Shown here in pieces: positions 38,100 through 48,179 of a DNA stretch of 64,000 nt (position 1 is the stretch's first letter; each line of letters starts with the position of its first letter). The stretch lies in assembly GCA_030697645.1 (NCBI GenBank), contig JAUYPI010000008.1:4301-68300 (forward strand), read 5' to 3'. Below the pieces are notes generated by a model. It had not been told where the DNA came from. It ran no database searches and worked only from the letters and a program-made list of their open reading frames with translations. This DNA comes from a bacterium. GTDB lineage: Bacteria; Patescibacteriota; Minisyncoccia; Phycocordibacterales; VMGT01. A program made the position numbers and the translations under genes.

Positions 38100-38752
38100 A
38101 CAATGGCGGCACGGTGGCGCTCGAGGACGTCACGCTCACGGTGGACTCCAAGGAGTTTGTCTCGATCGTTGGCCACAGCGGGGCCGGGAAGACGACGCTT
38201 CTCAAGATGCTGCTTGCCGAGGACTTTCCGACAGCGGGCGCGGTGTATTTTGAGTCTACGGACATCCACTCGCTTCGCCGGAGAGCGATCAGCCGCCTGC
38301 GGCGGCGCATCGGCATGATTTTTCAGGATTTTCGGCTCCTTCCCGCCCGTACCGCCTATGAGAATGTCGCGTTTGCGATGGAGGCCGCAGGCCGCAGTGA
38401 TGAGGAAATCCAGTCCGACGTGCCGTATGCGCTTGGTCTCGTTGATCTCGAGGAACACATGTGGAACTTCCCCCATGAGCTCTCCGGGGGCGAGAAGCAG
38501 CGCGTGGCGATCGCGCGTGCGATCGTGAACCAGCCGGACATTTTGGTCGCCGACGAGCCGACGGGGAACCTCGATCCGGTCAATACCTATGATATCGTGC
38601 AGATTTTGAAAAAAATCAACGGCCTCGGCACAACCGTGCTGCTCACGACGCACAACACCGGCGTCGTGGAATCCCTCAAACGTCGCGTCATTACGATGGA
38701 GCGCGGCAGGGTGGTCGGAGACGAGGCGCATGGACACTATAATAACCACTGA
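38069..38752 (+). CDS. ftsE: Cell division ATP-binding protein FtsE
   Basis: [34 protein letters not shown]; upstream of ftsX. Confidence 0.96.
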   Translation: MIYFDKVSKIYNGGTVALEDVTLTVDSKEFVSIVGHSGAGKTTLLKMLLAEDFPTAGAVYFESTDIHSLRRRAISRLRRRIGMIFQDFRLLPARTAYENVAFAMEAAGRSDEEIQSDVPYALGLVDLEEHMWNFPHELSGGEKQRVAIARAIVNQPDILVADEPTGNLDPVNTYDIVQILKKINGLGTTVLLTTHNTGVVESLKRRVITMERGRVVGDEAHGHYNNH

Positions 38753-38800
38753 GCTTTTAGCATGGACGGCGACGGCGAAGCTTCTAAAAGCTAACAGCTC
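38751..38800. repeat. Short heptamer fold-back element, family B
   Basis: GAGCTTTTAGC..GACGGCGACGGCG..CTAAAAGCTAACAGCTC. Confidence 0.75.
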
Positions 38801-38806
38801 GCACTT

Positions 38807-39730
38807 ATGTTGATTTCTCTCAAACGCATCTTCCGCTCCGGCTTTCTTGATTTTTGGCGCAATAGCGTCGTGTCATTCTCGTCCGTTTTCGTGCTTACGG
38901 TGACGCTCTTTGTGATCGGTTGCCTGCTTTTCCTCCAGGCGACGCTTGAGTCTACGCTCCAAGAGCTTCGTGATAAAGTGGACGTGAATGTATATTTTAT
39001 TCCGATTGCGGGAGAGGCAGACATCCTTGGGGTGAAAACCCAGATCGAGGCGCTGCCGGAGGTTGAGCGCGTCGAGTATGTGACGCGCGAGCAGGCACTT
39101 GAGAATTTCCGCATCCGCCACGCGGACGACCAGCTCACTCTCCAGGCGCTCGACGAGCTCGGCGATAATCCCCTCGGCGCCGTGCTGAATGTAAAGGCCC
39201 GCGAGCCCTCGCAGTACGAGAGCGTTGCGCGTTTTCTTGAGTCCTCGCCCGCGCTCTCGAAGGGAGAATCCTCGATCGTAGACAACGTTAATTATTTCCA
39301 GAATAAAATCGCGATCGAGCGCCTCGCGGGCTTCATTGACGTCTCCGAGCGCGTCGGACTCCTTGCGACGATCGCGCTTGCAGCGATTTCCGTCCTCATT
39401 ACATTCAACACGATCCGTCTTGCGATCTACACCTCGCGCGATGAGATAGCGGTGATGAAGCTCGTCGGGGCTTCAAGCGCCTATGTGCGGGGACCGTTTA
39501 TTATCGAGGGTGTGCTCGCAGGCGTCGTCGCGGGAGTGCTTGCGCTCGGGCTCTTTTATCCGCTCACCTACTGGCTCGGGCCGATTACCGAGCAGTTTTT
39601 CGCAAGCATTAATCTATTTATCTACTACCGCGCGCATTTTGCGGAAATATTTTTGATCGTGATGGGATCCGGCATCGCCCTCGGCGCCCTCTCGAGCTTC
39701 CTTGCGACGAAGAGGTATCTCAGGGTTTAG
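38807..39730 (+). CDS. ftsX: Cell division permease FtsX
   Basis: FWRN, NPL, NTIRLAIYTSRDEIAVMKLVGA...RGPF..EG. Confidence 0.96.
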   Translation: MLISLKRIFRSGFLDFWRNSVVSFSSVFVLTVTLFVIGCLLFLQATLESTLQELRDKVDVNVYFIPIAGEADILGVKTQIEALPEVERVEYVTREQALENFRIRHADDQLTLQALDELGDNPLGAVLNVKAREPSQYESVARFLESSPALSKGESSIVDNVNYFQNKIAIERLAGFIDVSERVGLLATIALAAISVLITFNTIRLAIYTSRDEIAVMKLVGASSAYVRGPFIIEGVLAGVVAGVLALGLFYPLTYWLGPITEQFFASINLFIYYRAHFAEIFLIVMGSGIALGALSSFLATKRYLRV

Positions 39731-39883
39731 AAATTCGAAATACGAATATCAAATCCGAGCCGAACATTTGACATGTAACATTTGACATTTGACCGCGTCG
39801 CCTCGTCTGTCAAATGTCAATGGTCAATTGTCACATGTTCTGTTCGTGCTTCGATATTCGGATTTAGGCATATTCGGATTTCG
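39731..39883. repeat. Nested fold-back elements: family C inside a (TTCGAAA/ATCCGA)/(TTCGGAT) element
   Basis: Outer arms 39731-39758 and about 39850-39883; inner ACATTTG element 39763-39839. Confidence 0.85.
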
Positions 39884-39930
39884 TGACTGATAGGTCATCG
39901 GAAGTTGCACAGACTTTTTACGGCTACATC

Positions 39931-41598
39931 ATGGCTAAAAAGACAACGCACAAATACATCTTCGTCGTCGGCGGCGTGATGTCCGGCGTCGGGAAGGGCA
40001 TCGCCGCATCCTCGATAGGAAAGATCTTGCAGGCTCGGGGGTATCGCGTGACCGCTCTTAAGATCGACCCGTACATAAACGTTGATGCGGGCACGATGAA
40101 TCCCACGGAGCACGGGGAAGTTTTTGTGCTCCGCGACGGCATGGAGTGCGATCAGGACATGGGCAACTACGAGCGATTTCTCGGTACTGATCTCACGCGC
40201 GCGAACTATATGACCACGGGGAGCATCTATCTCTCTGTTATCAATCGGGAGCGGAATCTCGGCTACGACGGCAAGTTCGTGAGCGTCGTGCCCTATATCC
40301 CCCTTGAGGTTATTGATCGTATCAATAAGGCGGCAAAAGACTGCGATGCCGAGATCGCCATTACTGAGATAGGCGGCACCGCAGGAGAATATGAAAATTT
40401 GTTATTCCTTGAGGCAGTGAAGATGCTCAAGATCAAACGCCCCGGGAGCGTCGTGCTCGTGCTCGTGACGTTTCTCCCCTTGCTTGATAATGATAACGAG
40501 CTTAAAACGAAGCCGACCCAACATGCCGTTCGCGCCCTGAATGCCGCCGGTCTGCAGCCGGACATCGTCATTGCGCGAGCCCGGGACGGTATCGACAAGA
40601 AGCGCCGCGAAAAGATCGCCTTTTTTTGCAGCGTGCGAAAGGAGGATGTCATATCCGCGCCGAATGTCTACAGCATCTACGAAGTGCCGGTAAACTTTGA
40701 GCGTGATAATTTAAGCGCTTCCATTCTGCGCAAGCTCCACCTGCGCGCGCGCGGGACAGACATGAAGGAGTGGCGCGCATTTGTGGAAAAAATTCATGCT
40801 TCAGAGGAGCCGGTGCGTATTGGCATTGTCGGCAAGTATTTCGGCACCGGTAGTTACATTCTTGCGGATTCATATATTTCCGTAATCGAGGCGGTGAAGC
40901 ACGCCGCGTTCAGCGAGCGTCGCAAACCGCAGATCGAGTGGCTTGACGCCGAGACATTTGAGAAAAAGAAAGGCGTCGCGCTGACCGCGAACCTGGAGAA
41001 GTTGTGTGAGTACGACGGCATCATCGTCCCGGGTGGGTTTGGTGCGCGCGGCGTCGAGGGAAAAATAGCGGTGATTGAGTTCTGCCGCAAAAATAAAATC
41101 CCCTACCTCGGCCTCTGCTACGGCATGCAGCTCTCACTCGTCGAGTATGCGCGGCATGTCGCGGGGCTCACGGGGGCGCATACGACGGAGATCGCGCCCG
41201 ATGCGCCGCACCCGGTGATCGACGTGATGCCCGAGCAGAAGAAGCTCATCGCCGAAGGACGTTACGGCGGCACCATGCGCCTCGGCGCCTACACGGCGCT
41301 CCTCTCGCGCGACACGATCGCACACGAGGCGTACCGTACACATGAGATCAGCGAGCGTCATCGGCATCGCTACGAGGTGAACCCAGAGTACATCGAGCAG
41401 CTTGAAAAGGCAGGGGTGGTCTTCTCCGGCCGCTCGCCCGACGGTACCCTGATGGAAATCGCGGAGCTCCCGCGCTCGGTGCACCCCTTCTTTCTCGGCA
41501 CCCAATTCCACCCCGAGCTCCAGAGCCGTCCGCTGCGTCCGCATCCGCTCTTCGTCGAGTTCATAAAAGCCGCGATCAGCGCCGAGCGTTCGGCCTGA
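39931..41598 (+). CDS. pyrG: CTP synthase
   Basis: GGVMSGVGKG, KIDPYINVDAGTM, KTKPTQ, GLCYGMQ, ERHRHRYE, QFHPE. Confidence 0.98.
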   Translation: MAKKTTHKYIFVVGGVMSGVGKGIAASSIGKILQARGYRVTALKIDPYINVDAGTMNPTEHGEVFVLRDGMECDQDMGNYERFLGTDLTRANYMTTGSIYLSVINRERNLGYDGKFVSVVPYIPLEVIDRINKAAKDCDAEIAITEIGGTAGEYENLLFLEAVKMLKIKRPGSVVLVLVTFLPLLDNDNELKTKPTQHAVRALNAAGLQPDIVIARARDGIDKKRREKIAFFCSVRKEDVISAPNVYSIYEVPVNFERDNLSASILRKLHLRARGTDMKEWRAFVEKIHASEEPVRIGIVGKYFGTGSYILADSYISVIEAVKHAAFSERRKPQIEWLDAETFEKKKGVALTANLEKLCEYDGIIVPGGFGARGVEGKIAVIEFCRKNKIPYLGLCYGMQLSLVEYARHVAGLTGAHTTEIAPDAPHPVIDVMPEQKKLIAEGRYGGTMRLGAYTALLSRDTIAHEAYRTHEISERHRHRYEVNPEYIEQLEKAGVVFSGRSPDGTLMEIAELPRSVHPFFLGTQFHPELQSRPLRPHPLFVEFIKAAISAERSA

Positions 41599-41664
41599 AC
41601 TACGCGGGGCTTGCTCCCGCGTGGTTCAGGGATTTGGACAGAAATAAAAATTGAAGTAATTTTA

Positions 41665-41758
41665 GACCTACGCAAAATGTAAAAAATGGCTTAATCGGCA
41701 TGTGCAAACTTGTTTTAGTGGCTTGCTTGTATCGCTTATCAACTATTTTGCGTAGGTC
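41665..41758. mobile_element. 94-bp MITE-like element
   Basis: 14-bp perfect terminal inverted repeats GACCTACGCAAAAT / ATTTTGCGTAGGTC; non-coding interior. Confidence 0.55.
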
Positions 41759-41938
41759 CTATAATTAAAATCTTGGTCACCAAGTAGCTGGAAGCCGACT
41801 TAATTTTTTGCGATGATTGACAGGCTGTTCCATGAATGTTACTTTTATAGACAGCGATCAGTGCTGATGAGGTGTGGTTCGAGCTTCTGTTGCAGCCATT
41901 GTATTTGATATATTATTCGCAAAATTTTTTACGCTATC

Positions 41939-42145
41939 ATGCAAGAAGGAACAATCGCCCGCCTCATTGCGGGCAAAGGCTTCGGCTTTATAAAGTGCGA
42001 AGGCCAAGAAAGGGATCTCTTTTTCCACTCGAACGAACTTGTGGGTGTACGGTTCGACGAACTTCACGAAGGTGACAAGGTGACATTTGAAATCGCCGAC
42101 AGTCCGAAAGGGCCGAACGCGATTAGGGTAAACAAGGTATCCTAA
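41939..42145 (+). CDS. Cold-shock protein
   Basis: KGFGFI (RNP1), LFFH (RNP2), KGPNA. Confidence 0.95.
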   Translation: MQEGTIARLIAGKGFGFIKCEGQERDLFFHSNELVGVRFDELHEGDKVTFEIADSPKGPNAIRVNKVS

Positions 42146-42159
42146 GGGCTCATCCACTA

Positions 42160-42192
42160 ATCGCTGCGGGACATCCGATGTCCCGCAGCGAT
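42160..42192. terminator. Near-perfect palindrome with GACATCCGATGTC core
   Basis: ATCGCTGCGGGACATC-c-GATGTCCCGCAGCGAT just after the csp stop. Confidence 0.6.
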
Positions 42193-42267
42193 AGTGCTAT
42201 CTCGCATTCCGAACCGCAGTCTTGATGTGCTATAGTACAAGCGCGCATGCATGCGCGCTTTCTATTT

Positions 42268-42341
42268 TGCCGGGTCGTCTAAAGGTAGGACAATTGCCTC
42301 TGGAGCAATTTATCTTGGTTCGAGTCCAAGCCCGGCAGCCA
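42268..42341 (+). tRNA. tRNA-Gln (CTG)
   Basis: Acceptor TGCCGGG/CCCGGCA, anticodon arm ATTGC-CTCTGGA-GCAAT, T arm CTTGG-TTCGAGT-CCAAG, encoded CCA. Confidence 0.95.
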
Positions 42342-42789
42342 GTGTGGAGAAGCGGCGGCGAGAGCCGCTTTTTGGCTTGCTATAGAGCCAGATTTTGTAG
42401 GTTCGAACCATGGCTGTTGGGCCTAAACCGCGATACGTGACTCTTTACTGAGGCAATGCACATATAGGATTTTTTTGAAAAATAGCGGTTCGAAAGCGTA
42501 GAGACGGTGGTAGACGAGAAACCATTGACTTAGGTGTGCGGTTATGTATACTAGAACGAGGTTAACAACTACATATGGTGTATCCAGAGTACGGAGATGC
42601 GAAGGGTAATGGCCCAATGCTCCGTCCGCAACCTGTTCGCCGAGTGGCGAAAAAGGTGCGAACTCCATCCTTCAGACTTCCTGTTTGAAGGAAAGATACG
42701 TTCTAAAATTGGATGTCTGGATACACCGCCTTCGTGGGCGGTGTATTTGTTTGGTAGAAGGTCCTTGACAATACTATAAGGAACAACGC

Positions 42790-44208
42790 ATGGTACAAAA
42801 ACATAGTACGGCCGAACCAAGCATCCTTCAGTTGCTTGGAATCGTTGGATACGACTCAGTTGAGTCGGTAGTCATCGCCGCGCTCGCGACGGAAGCTCCG
42901 CTGCTCATTATCGGCCCACACGGGACTGCAAAATCATTGCTGCTGAATTTGCTCGCGGAGGCACTTCGTCTTGAACATCGCCATTATAATGCAGCGATGA
43001 TCAATTTCGACGACCTCATCGGGTTTCCGTATCCGAACGAAAGCAAGACTGGCCTTGAGTATATACCAACGAAAGGCTCTATATGGGGAGTAGAGTCTGT
43101 GTTTATTGACGAAATATCACGCACTCGCGTTGATATGCAAAACCGGCTGTTCCCAATCATCCACGAGAAGATGATCCAAGGCATTCCGCTTTCGGGTCTT
43201 CGTTTCAGATGGGCGGCCATGAACCCTCCACGAAAGGACGAGGAAGAAGAGCGCGGGTGGACGTACGAAGGCTCGGAGCCACTTGATGTGGCGTTGGCGG
43301 ACCGATTTCCGTTTATTCTTTCACTTCCGTCTTTTGCAGCGTTTTCCGAGAGCCACAAGCTCGCGGTCATTCGCGGCCAGCCGGAAGTGGAAGCTGCAAA
43401 AGTTGGCACTCTGCTCTCTCAGCGAATTAACCTCGCGAGAGTTGCGGCAGGGGAAGTAAGGAAAACTTTGAGCGAGAGTATCGGCTCCTATGTCCTTGCC
43501 ATTCATGCGCTTCTTGAAAAGATGAAACGGCCAATATCACCGAGACGCGCCCGCATGCTCCACGATGCCATTGTTGGGGTTATCGCGGCGGAATCGGTTG
43601 CCGGTCGCCACGATTCAAAGTCCGCGACATTCATGGCGCTTACGAACGCCTTACCGCATCCCGCGTACGGCGAGGTTATAGATGCGTTAGAATTACTCAC
43701 GGCCCATAACCAGGCGTGGAAATTAGCCGAAATTCCTGCAACGGATCCAAGGCGACTCATCTTTGCCGAACCCAATCCGGTGAAGCGGGTGGCGTTGGGA
43801 TTATCACTCTCGATTCCGGATTTGGATATGTCGATCCTAGTGCAGGACGCGTACGCCTCGCTTGAGGCAGTTGAGCGCATCTGCTTTGGGGTTGCGCTCT
43901 ATCCTATAGTGAGTACCACGAAAAATCTGACAGCCGTTGCGTTCGAGGCTCTAGCCGACGAATGGTTCGAGGTTGAGAATCAATCGGCGCGCAGACATCA
44001 AGTGGCGAGCGGGTCGAAACGGCATCGGCAGTGGCAAAAACTGGTCGATTGGATCAGTGAGCAGACGACGAACACCTTAGAAGAAAGTGTGAAAGTTAAT
44101 ATCGCACTTGTCCTCTTTGAGCGGGAAGTCGAGTTTGAACCGGAAATCGTCGCACTGACCTTCAACAAGTTTAACGAGTTATTCCCCTGGAGAAAGGAAA
44201 ACGTATGA
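42790..44208 (+). CDS. MoxR/RavA-type AAA+ ATPase
   Basis: Walker A GPHGTAKS, Walker B VFIDE, AAMNP, ALADRF arginine finger, SPRR sensor II. Confidence 0.9.
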   Translation: MVQKHSTAEPSILQLLGIVGYDSVESVVIAALATEAPLLIIGPHGTAKSLLLNLLAEALRLEHRHYNAAMINFDDLIGFPYPNESKTGLEYIPTKGSIWGVESVFIDEISRTRVDMQNRLFPIIHEKMIQGIPLSGLRFRWAAMNPPRKDEEEERGWTYEGSEPLDVALADRFPFILSLPSFAAFSESHKLAVIRGQPEVEAAKVGTLLSQRINLARVAAGEVRKTLSESIGSYVLAIHALLEKMKRPISPRRARMLHDAIVGVIAAESVAGRHDSKSATFMALTNALPHPAYGEVIDALELLTAHNQAWKLAEIPATDPRRLIFAEPNPVKRVALGLSLSIPDLDMSILVQDAYASLEAVERICFGVALYPIVSTTKNLTAVAFEALADEWFEVENQSARRHQVASGSKRHRQWQKLVDWISEQTTNTLEESVKVNIALVLFEREVEFEPEIVALTFNKFNELFPWRKENV

Positions 44209-44711
44209 GAGAAATCGCCCGTGCGCTGCACAACATGAGCTCATCTTCACGCTCAACCGCGTATGTCAAACCGCGTCGAGTCGAATCACCCCCGACTCTG
44301 GCCCATGGAGCAAGCGTAAGAAGTAATAGAGGTGTGACGATCTCGCTCCGCACGTCCGCTGATGAAGAGAGTTTTCTCAAAGGGCTTCATGACGAGATTC
44401 TCTTAGGCGCACTATGCACGACCATTGAGGAGGATTTGAGAGACATTGCCAACAGGACTGTTATCGAACACGGCCTCATTGGTTGCGTTCTGGTGCATCT
44501 TTACTCTGGCACATTGAGTAAAGCGACCTCATTGAGGTCATTAACGTGCCCCAAACTGAAACTAGCTCTCTTATCGAAAAGTTCAGATCGTTTGTTTGTG
44601 GCATCAAAAACGCCAAATCTTTCGATCAGCTTGCTTTACCGAGAGCTGGTTACCTTCGATTCACGGATCGTAGCGCTACAGGAGAAACTACATGAAGAGA
44701 CCGGAGCATAA
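44205..44711 (+). CDS. Hypothetical protein, coupled to both neighbours
   Basis: ATGA overlap with the AAA stop and overlap with the next start; no recognised motif. Confidence 0.55.
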   Translation: MREIARALHNMSSSSRSTAYVKPRRVESPPTLAHGASVRSNRGVTISLRTSADEESFLKGLHDEILLGALCTTIEEDLRDIANRTVIEHGLIGCVLVHLYSGTLSKATSLRSLTCPKLKLALLSKSSDRLFVASKTPNLSISLLYRELVTFDSRIVALQEKLHEETGA

Positions 44712-46140
44712 CGAGGATGCCGGGAATGCGCTCCGCGGACGCATTCTTGCGGCTTTCCCGGCAGGTCACTACGCGCTTGACGCATTCTTTCGCCTCACTG
44801 ACATCGTTGTCACAGACCGCGTGGATACGGCAGCGGTAGAGTGTGTTGCGGCACCACGGATGCTCGTCAATGGGCAGTTCGTCTCAAAACACTGCGCCAC
44901 CGATGAACACCTCTTCATGCTTATCCTGCATGAACTTCACCACGTGCTCATGGGGCATACCACTCTGTTCAAGCGAACAACAGTGCTCGATAACATCGCT
45001 TTTGACGCTGTGATAAATGCAATTCTCTCACAGCTCTTCAGAGAACCGATGTACTACTCGTTCTTCCAAAAGCTGTACAAGCCGGACAGATTACCGGATG
45101 CACTGCTTCGGCCGCCCGACGGTTGGCCGAAGGAATGGGACATCCCGATGAGTCTTCCGAAACCCGTATCAGAAATGATCCGAGTACTCTATTCGGAGGC
45201 AAGCGGTACCTACAAGGAGGTCTACGACCTCTTCAAGAAAGACACCGCGCTCAAAGAACACCTTGCCGGTGCAGGCATACCGCTTGACGGGAGAGGCCAA
45301 GATGGAACGTTGGGTACGGGGGGCGATGCTCAGTGCCCTCTTTTAGGGGATCATTCTCCTGAAGGAATAGTTGGACGAGGCGAGTCGGCCGCGAACAGCC
45401 CGGCCCTGGAGGGGGCTGTCCGCTCAATCGTTGAGAAGTGGCCAATGCCGCCGGATCCCATACGCGGCAGAAGCTCTGGCAGAGAACTCAGGGAGATCCT
45501 GCTTGAGAAGGTGAAAACTCCGCCTACGGCACAGAGGATCCTGGAGCGACTCATCAGGAAGATGGTTGAAGAGGGCCCTGCCGGCGGCGTGACGCGATAT
45601 ACGCTTCAAGACGTGGATCGAACGATCGAGCATCCCCTGCCGACACTACGCGATCGGCGGGCGCTTGTGGCCGCCAGTTTCGGCTGGCAACCGCTCGTGT
45701 ATCGAACCTCACTTGAAATAAGACGGCGACGTAAGGAACGAGGTATCACGTCGGTCTACGTTGATGTAAGTGGGAGCGTGGCTCGGTATCGATCACTTAT
45801 GGCTTCTCTTGTGAAGCCGTATGTTCTGAGAAAACGTGCTCGGCTCTTCGTATTCAGCGAAGTGGTGGATGCGGTCACCCCCGACGCGCTCAAGCGCGGC
45901 ATATACAAAACAACGGACGGCACGGATGCTGTCTGTATTTGGAAACACGCGAGTGAAAATGGCTTCAGAAAGATTGTCGTGCTCACTGACGGGTATGTCG
46001 GCAAGCCACCTCGGTATTGGTCTCATGAGCTATCAAAGAACGGCGTTCGAATATGTGTGGCGCTGGTCGCTGACGGCTATATGTGTGATCTTGAAGACAT
46101 TGCCGATGAGATCATAGAGTTACCACTGGAGTTAACCTGA
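44692..46140 (+). CDS. Zincin-like metallopeptidase + vWA domain protein (DUF2201-like)
   Basis: HELHH (HExxH), NIAFDAVIN; MIDAS DVSGS, GT and LTDG. Confidence 0.88.
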   Translation: MKRPEHNEDAGNALRGRILAAFPAGHYALDAFFRLTDIVVTDRVDTAAVECVAAPRMLVNGQFVSKHCATDEHLFMLILHELHHVLMGHTTLFKRTTVLDNIAFDAVINAILSQLFREPMYYSFFQKLYKPDRLPDALLRPPDGWPKEWDIPMSLPKPVSEMIRVLYSEASGTYKEVYDLFKKDTALKEHLAGAGIPLDGRGQDGTLGTGGDAQCPLLGDHSPEGIVGRGESAANSPALEGAVRSIVEKWPMPPDPIRGRSSGRELREILLEKVKTPPTAQRILERLIRKMVEEGPAGGVTRYTLQDVDRTIEHPLPTLRDRRALVAASFGWQPLVYRTSLEIRRRRKERGITSVYVDVSGSVARYRSLMASLVKPYVLRKRARLFVFSEVVDAVTPDALKRGIYKTTDGTDAVCIWKHASENGFRKIVVLTDGYVGKPPRYWSHELSKNGVRICVALVADGYMCDLEDIADEIIELPLELT

Positions 46141-46196
46141 GAAGCAGAAGGTGAGACATTCGCTCGCGCATGCTTCACCCATAGAGAGGAAGAAGA

Positions 46197-47366
46197 ATGA
46201 AAACGTATGGAGAATGGGTATTCCCTGGGCATCCCGATAAGCTGTCCGACCGCATAGCGGATTCGATTGTTGATGAGGCGCTCATCGACGACCCCGATGC
46301 GCTCGTCGGTATCGAAGTTGCTGTACACCGAAATAAGGTCTTCATCGATGGTCGAATCGCGTGTCCACATGCAGAGACATTCGACTGTTCCGAGATTGCG
46401 CGAAGGGTATTTCGCGAAAGCGGGTACAGTTCGGTATTTCTGCCTGATCCCACAAGACTCTCGATAGACACCGATCTGTGCGTTGGTGACTTTCGTGAAG
46501 ATGAACGGCGCATTCGCTCTATCTCCGACGATCAAAACATCGTCACGGGATATGCGGAACTAAATCCGGACACCAACTTTCTCCCGATCGCGCACTTTGT
46601 CGCTTATACAATCGCGCGAGAGTTTTGTGATCAGAGGAAGGAAAACATCCGGATCGGTCCTGACGGCAAGGTACTTGTAGTGATTGAAAGTGAAGGGCGG
46701 TCATCTGGAGTGCGGACAGAGTATCGTCTCGAGGCGGTGAGTTTTTCGGTTCACCATCAGTCCGAACTCAACACTATAGAGATCGTGAAAACCGCCAAGC
46801 AGGTTCTTGAATGTGCTATGGTTAAACTCCCTTCGGTACACACCAGGTGGAACGGCGGAAGCGGGAAGACGGAGGTTATTGTCAACGGCGCAGGAGACTT
46901 TGCGGTTGGCGGACCTGAAGGAGATAACGGTCTTGCCGGCAAGAAGCTTGTCGTAGATGCATACGGGCCGCACATTCCGATTGGGGGAGGAGCACTATCC
47001 GGTAAAGATCCCCACAAGATCGATCGGGCGATGGCGCTTCGTGCCAGGCAAATTGCAAAGCATATCGTCATCTCCGGAGTCGCCGAGCGTGCCTTGGTCT
47101 GGCTCGCGTTCGTGCCAGGTGAGCGGGAACCACGGTGGAAGAACATCACGCTTTTTAAGGAGGGTGCCGACGGATCGGCGCGAATGTGGCCAATGGATGC
47201 GGTGCTGTCTCGTCGATGGCTGGCCGGCTATGATCTGACCATCGAGGGTACCTTTCGAGACTTGCGCTTAGACGCGGTATGGTGGTCTGAATTTGCCGCG
47301 TGGGGACACTTCACAAACCCCAATGCTTCATGGGAGAGGTGGTTTCCGGGGAGAACCTCGGTGTAG
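46197..47366 (+). CDS. Divergent S-adenosylmethionine synthetase (MetK) homologue
   Basis: GHPDK, DGK, GGPEGDNGLAGKKLVVDAYG, GGGALSGKDPHKIDR, AAWGHF; GAGDQG replaced by ISDDQN. Confidence 0.88.
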   Translation: MKTYGEWVFPGHPDKLSDRIADSIVDEALIDDPDALVGIEVAVHRNKVFIDGRIACPHAETFDCSEIARRVFRESGYSSVFLPDPTRLSIDTDLCVGDFREDERRIRSISDDQNIVTGYAELNPDTNFLPIAHFVAYTIAREFCDQRKENIRIGPDGKVLVVIESEGRSSGVRTEYRLEAVSFSVHHQSELNTIEIVKTAKQVLECAMVKLPSVHTRWNGGSGKTEVIVNGAGDFAVGGPEGDNGLAGKKLVVDAYGPHIPIGGGALSGKDPHKIDRAMALRARQIAKHIVISGVAERALVWLAFVPGEREPRWKNITLFKEGADGSARMWPMDAVLSRRWLAGYDLTIEGTFRDLRLDAVWWSEFAAWGHFTNPNASWERWFPGRTSV

Positions 47367-47604
47367 TCTCCACAGGTGGCCTCACAGAGCAGATGCACTG
47401 GTAAAAATCCGTGCTCACTGCGGCCACGAATCGCCGAGAAAAATAAGATAGTTCTTTATTACCTCGAGTTCGGAGAGTTCCTGCTTTAAACTCTCCTCTG
47501 TTTCGGGGTGCGTATCTCGACTGATGAGCCACAATAACGAAACAGGAAATGTGTTTTTGGGCAAACCGGCTCTATACGAGCTCCTAGGAAGAGACAGGTG
47601 ACAT

Positions 47605-47979
47605 ATGAGTGTGGAACGACGAGGCAAACCTATGTTTCGAGTGGAAAAATTCCTTCCGAACGAGTGTCCGAAATGTAGGCATCATTTTCTGAAGGAAGGA
47701 GAAGACTATGTCCGATTATTTGGAGACATCATAGACGGTCGTAAGATTCTGCGGGAAACAACGGGGTACGACATTATCATCTGTGATAAGTGCAAGAATT
47801 GTACTGCCCGGGTGATGATCGAAGCATACCACGTTTCCGATCGAACCAAAGCGGAGGCTCTCTTCCGAGAAGGATTTATCAATCTGCAACCGGTTGAATC
47901 TTTCGGGAGTCATATTGAGGATGCGCACGAAATTTTTACCGAGATACCGGGGCTTCGAGTGAGGTCTCTGAAACTCTAA
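47605..47979 (+). CDS. Hypothetical zinc-ribbon protein
   Basis: CPKC and CDKC pairs. Confidence 0.6.
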   Translation: MSVERRGKPMFRVEKFLPNECPKCRHHFLKEGEDYVRLFGDIIDGRKILRETTGYDIIICDKCKNCTARVMIEAYHVSDRTKAEALFREGFINLQPVESFGSHIEDAHEIFTEIPGLRVRSLKL

Positions 47980-48019
47980 AGAGTTCGCGCCATTCAGTCA
48001 CAAAAGGTCGTAAAATCTC

Positions 48020-48050
48020 AAAGCGCCTGACCAGCGCTTTTTTCTTTTTT
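48020..48050 (+). terminator. Intrinsic terminator
   Basis: AAAGCGC-ctgacca-GCGCTTT followed by a T-run. Confidence 0.7.
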
Positions 48051-48179
48051 GACCTCTCACTATAAACAAAAATTGTACATGCAGGTTAGACGTTATTTTC
48101 CATGCTCAATAGCTCCTCCAACTGCTCCATAGTATACTGCGGATATACAATGATTTTTCATTAATCTCGGTCAATAACT

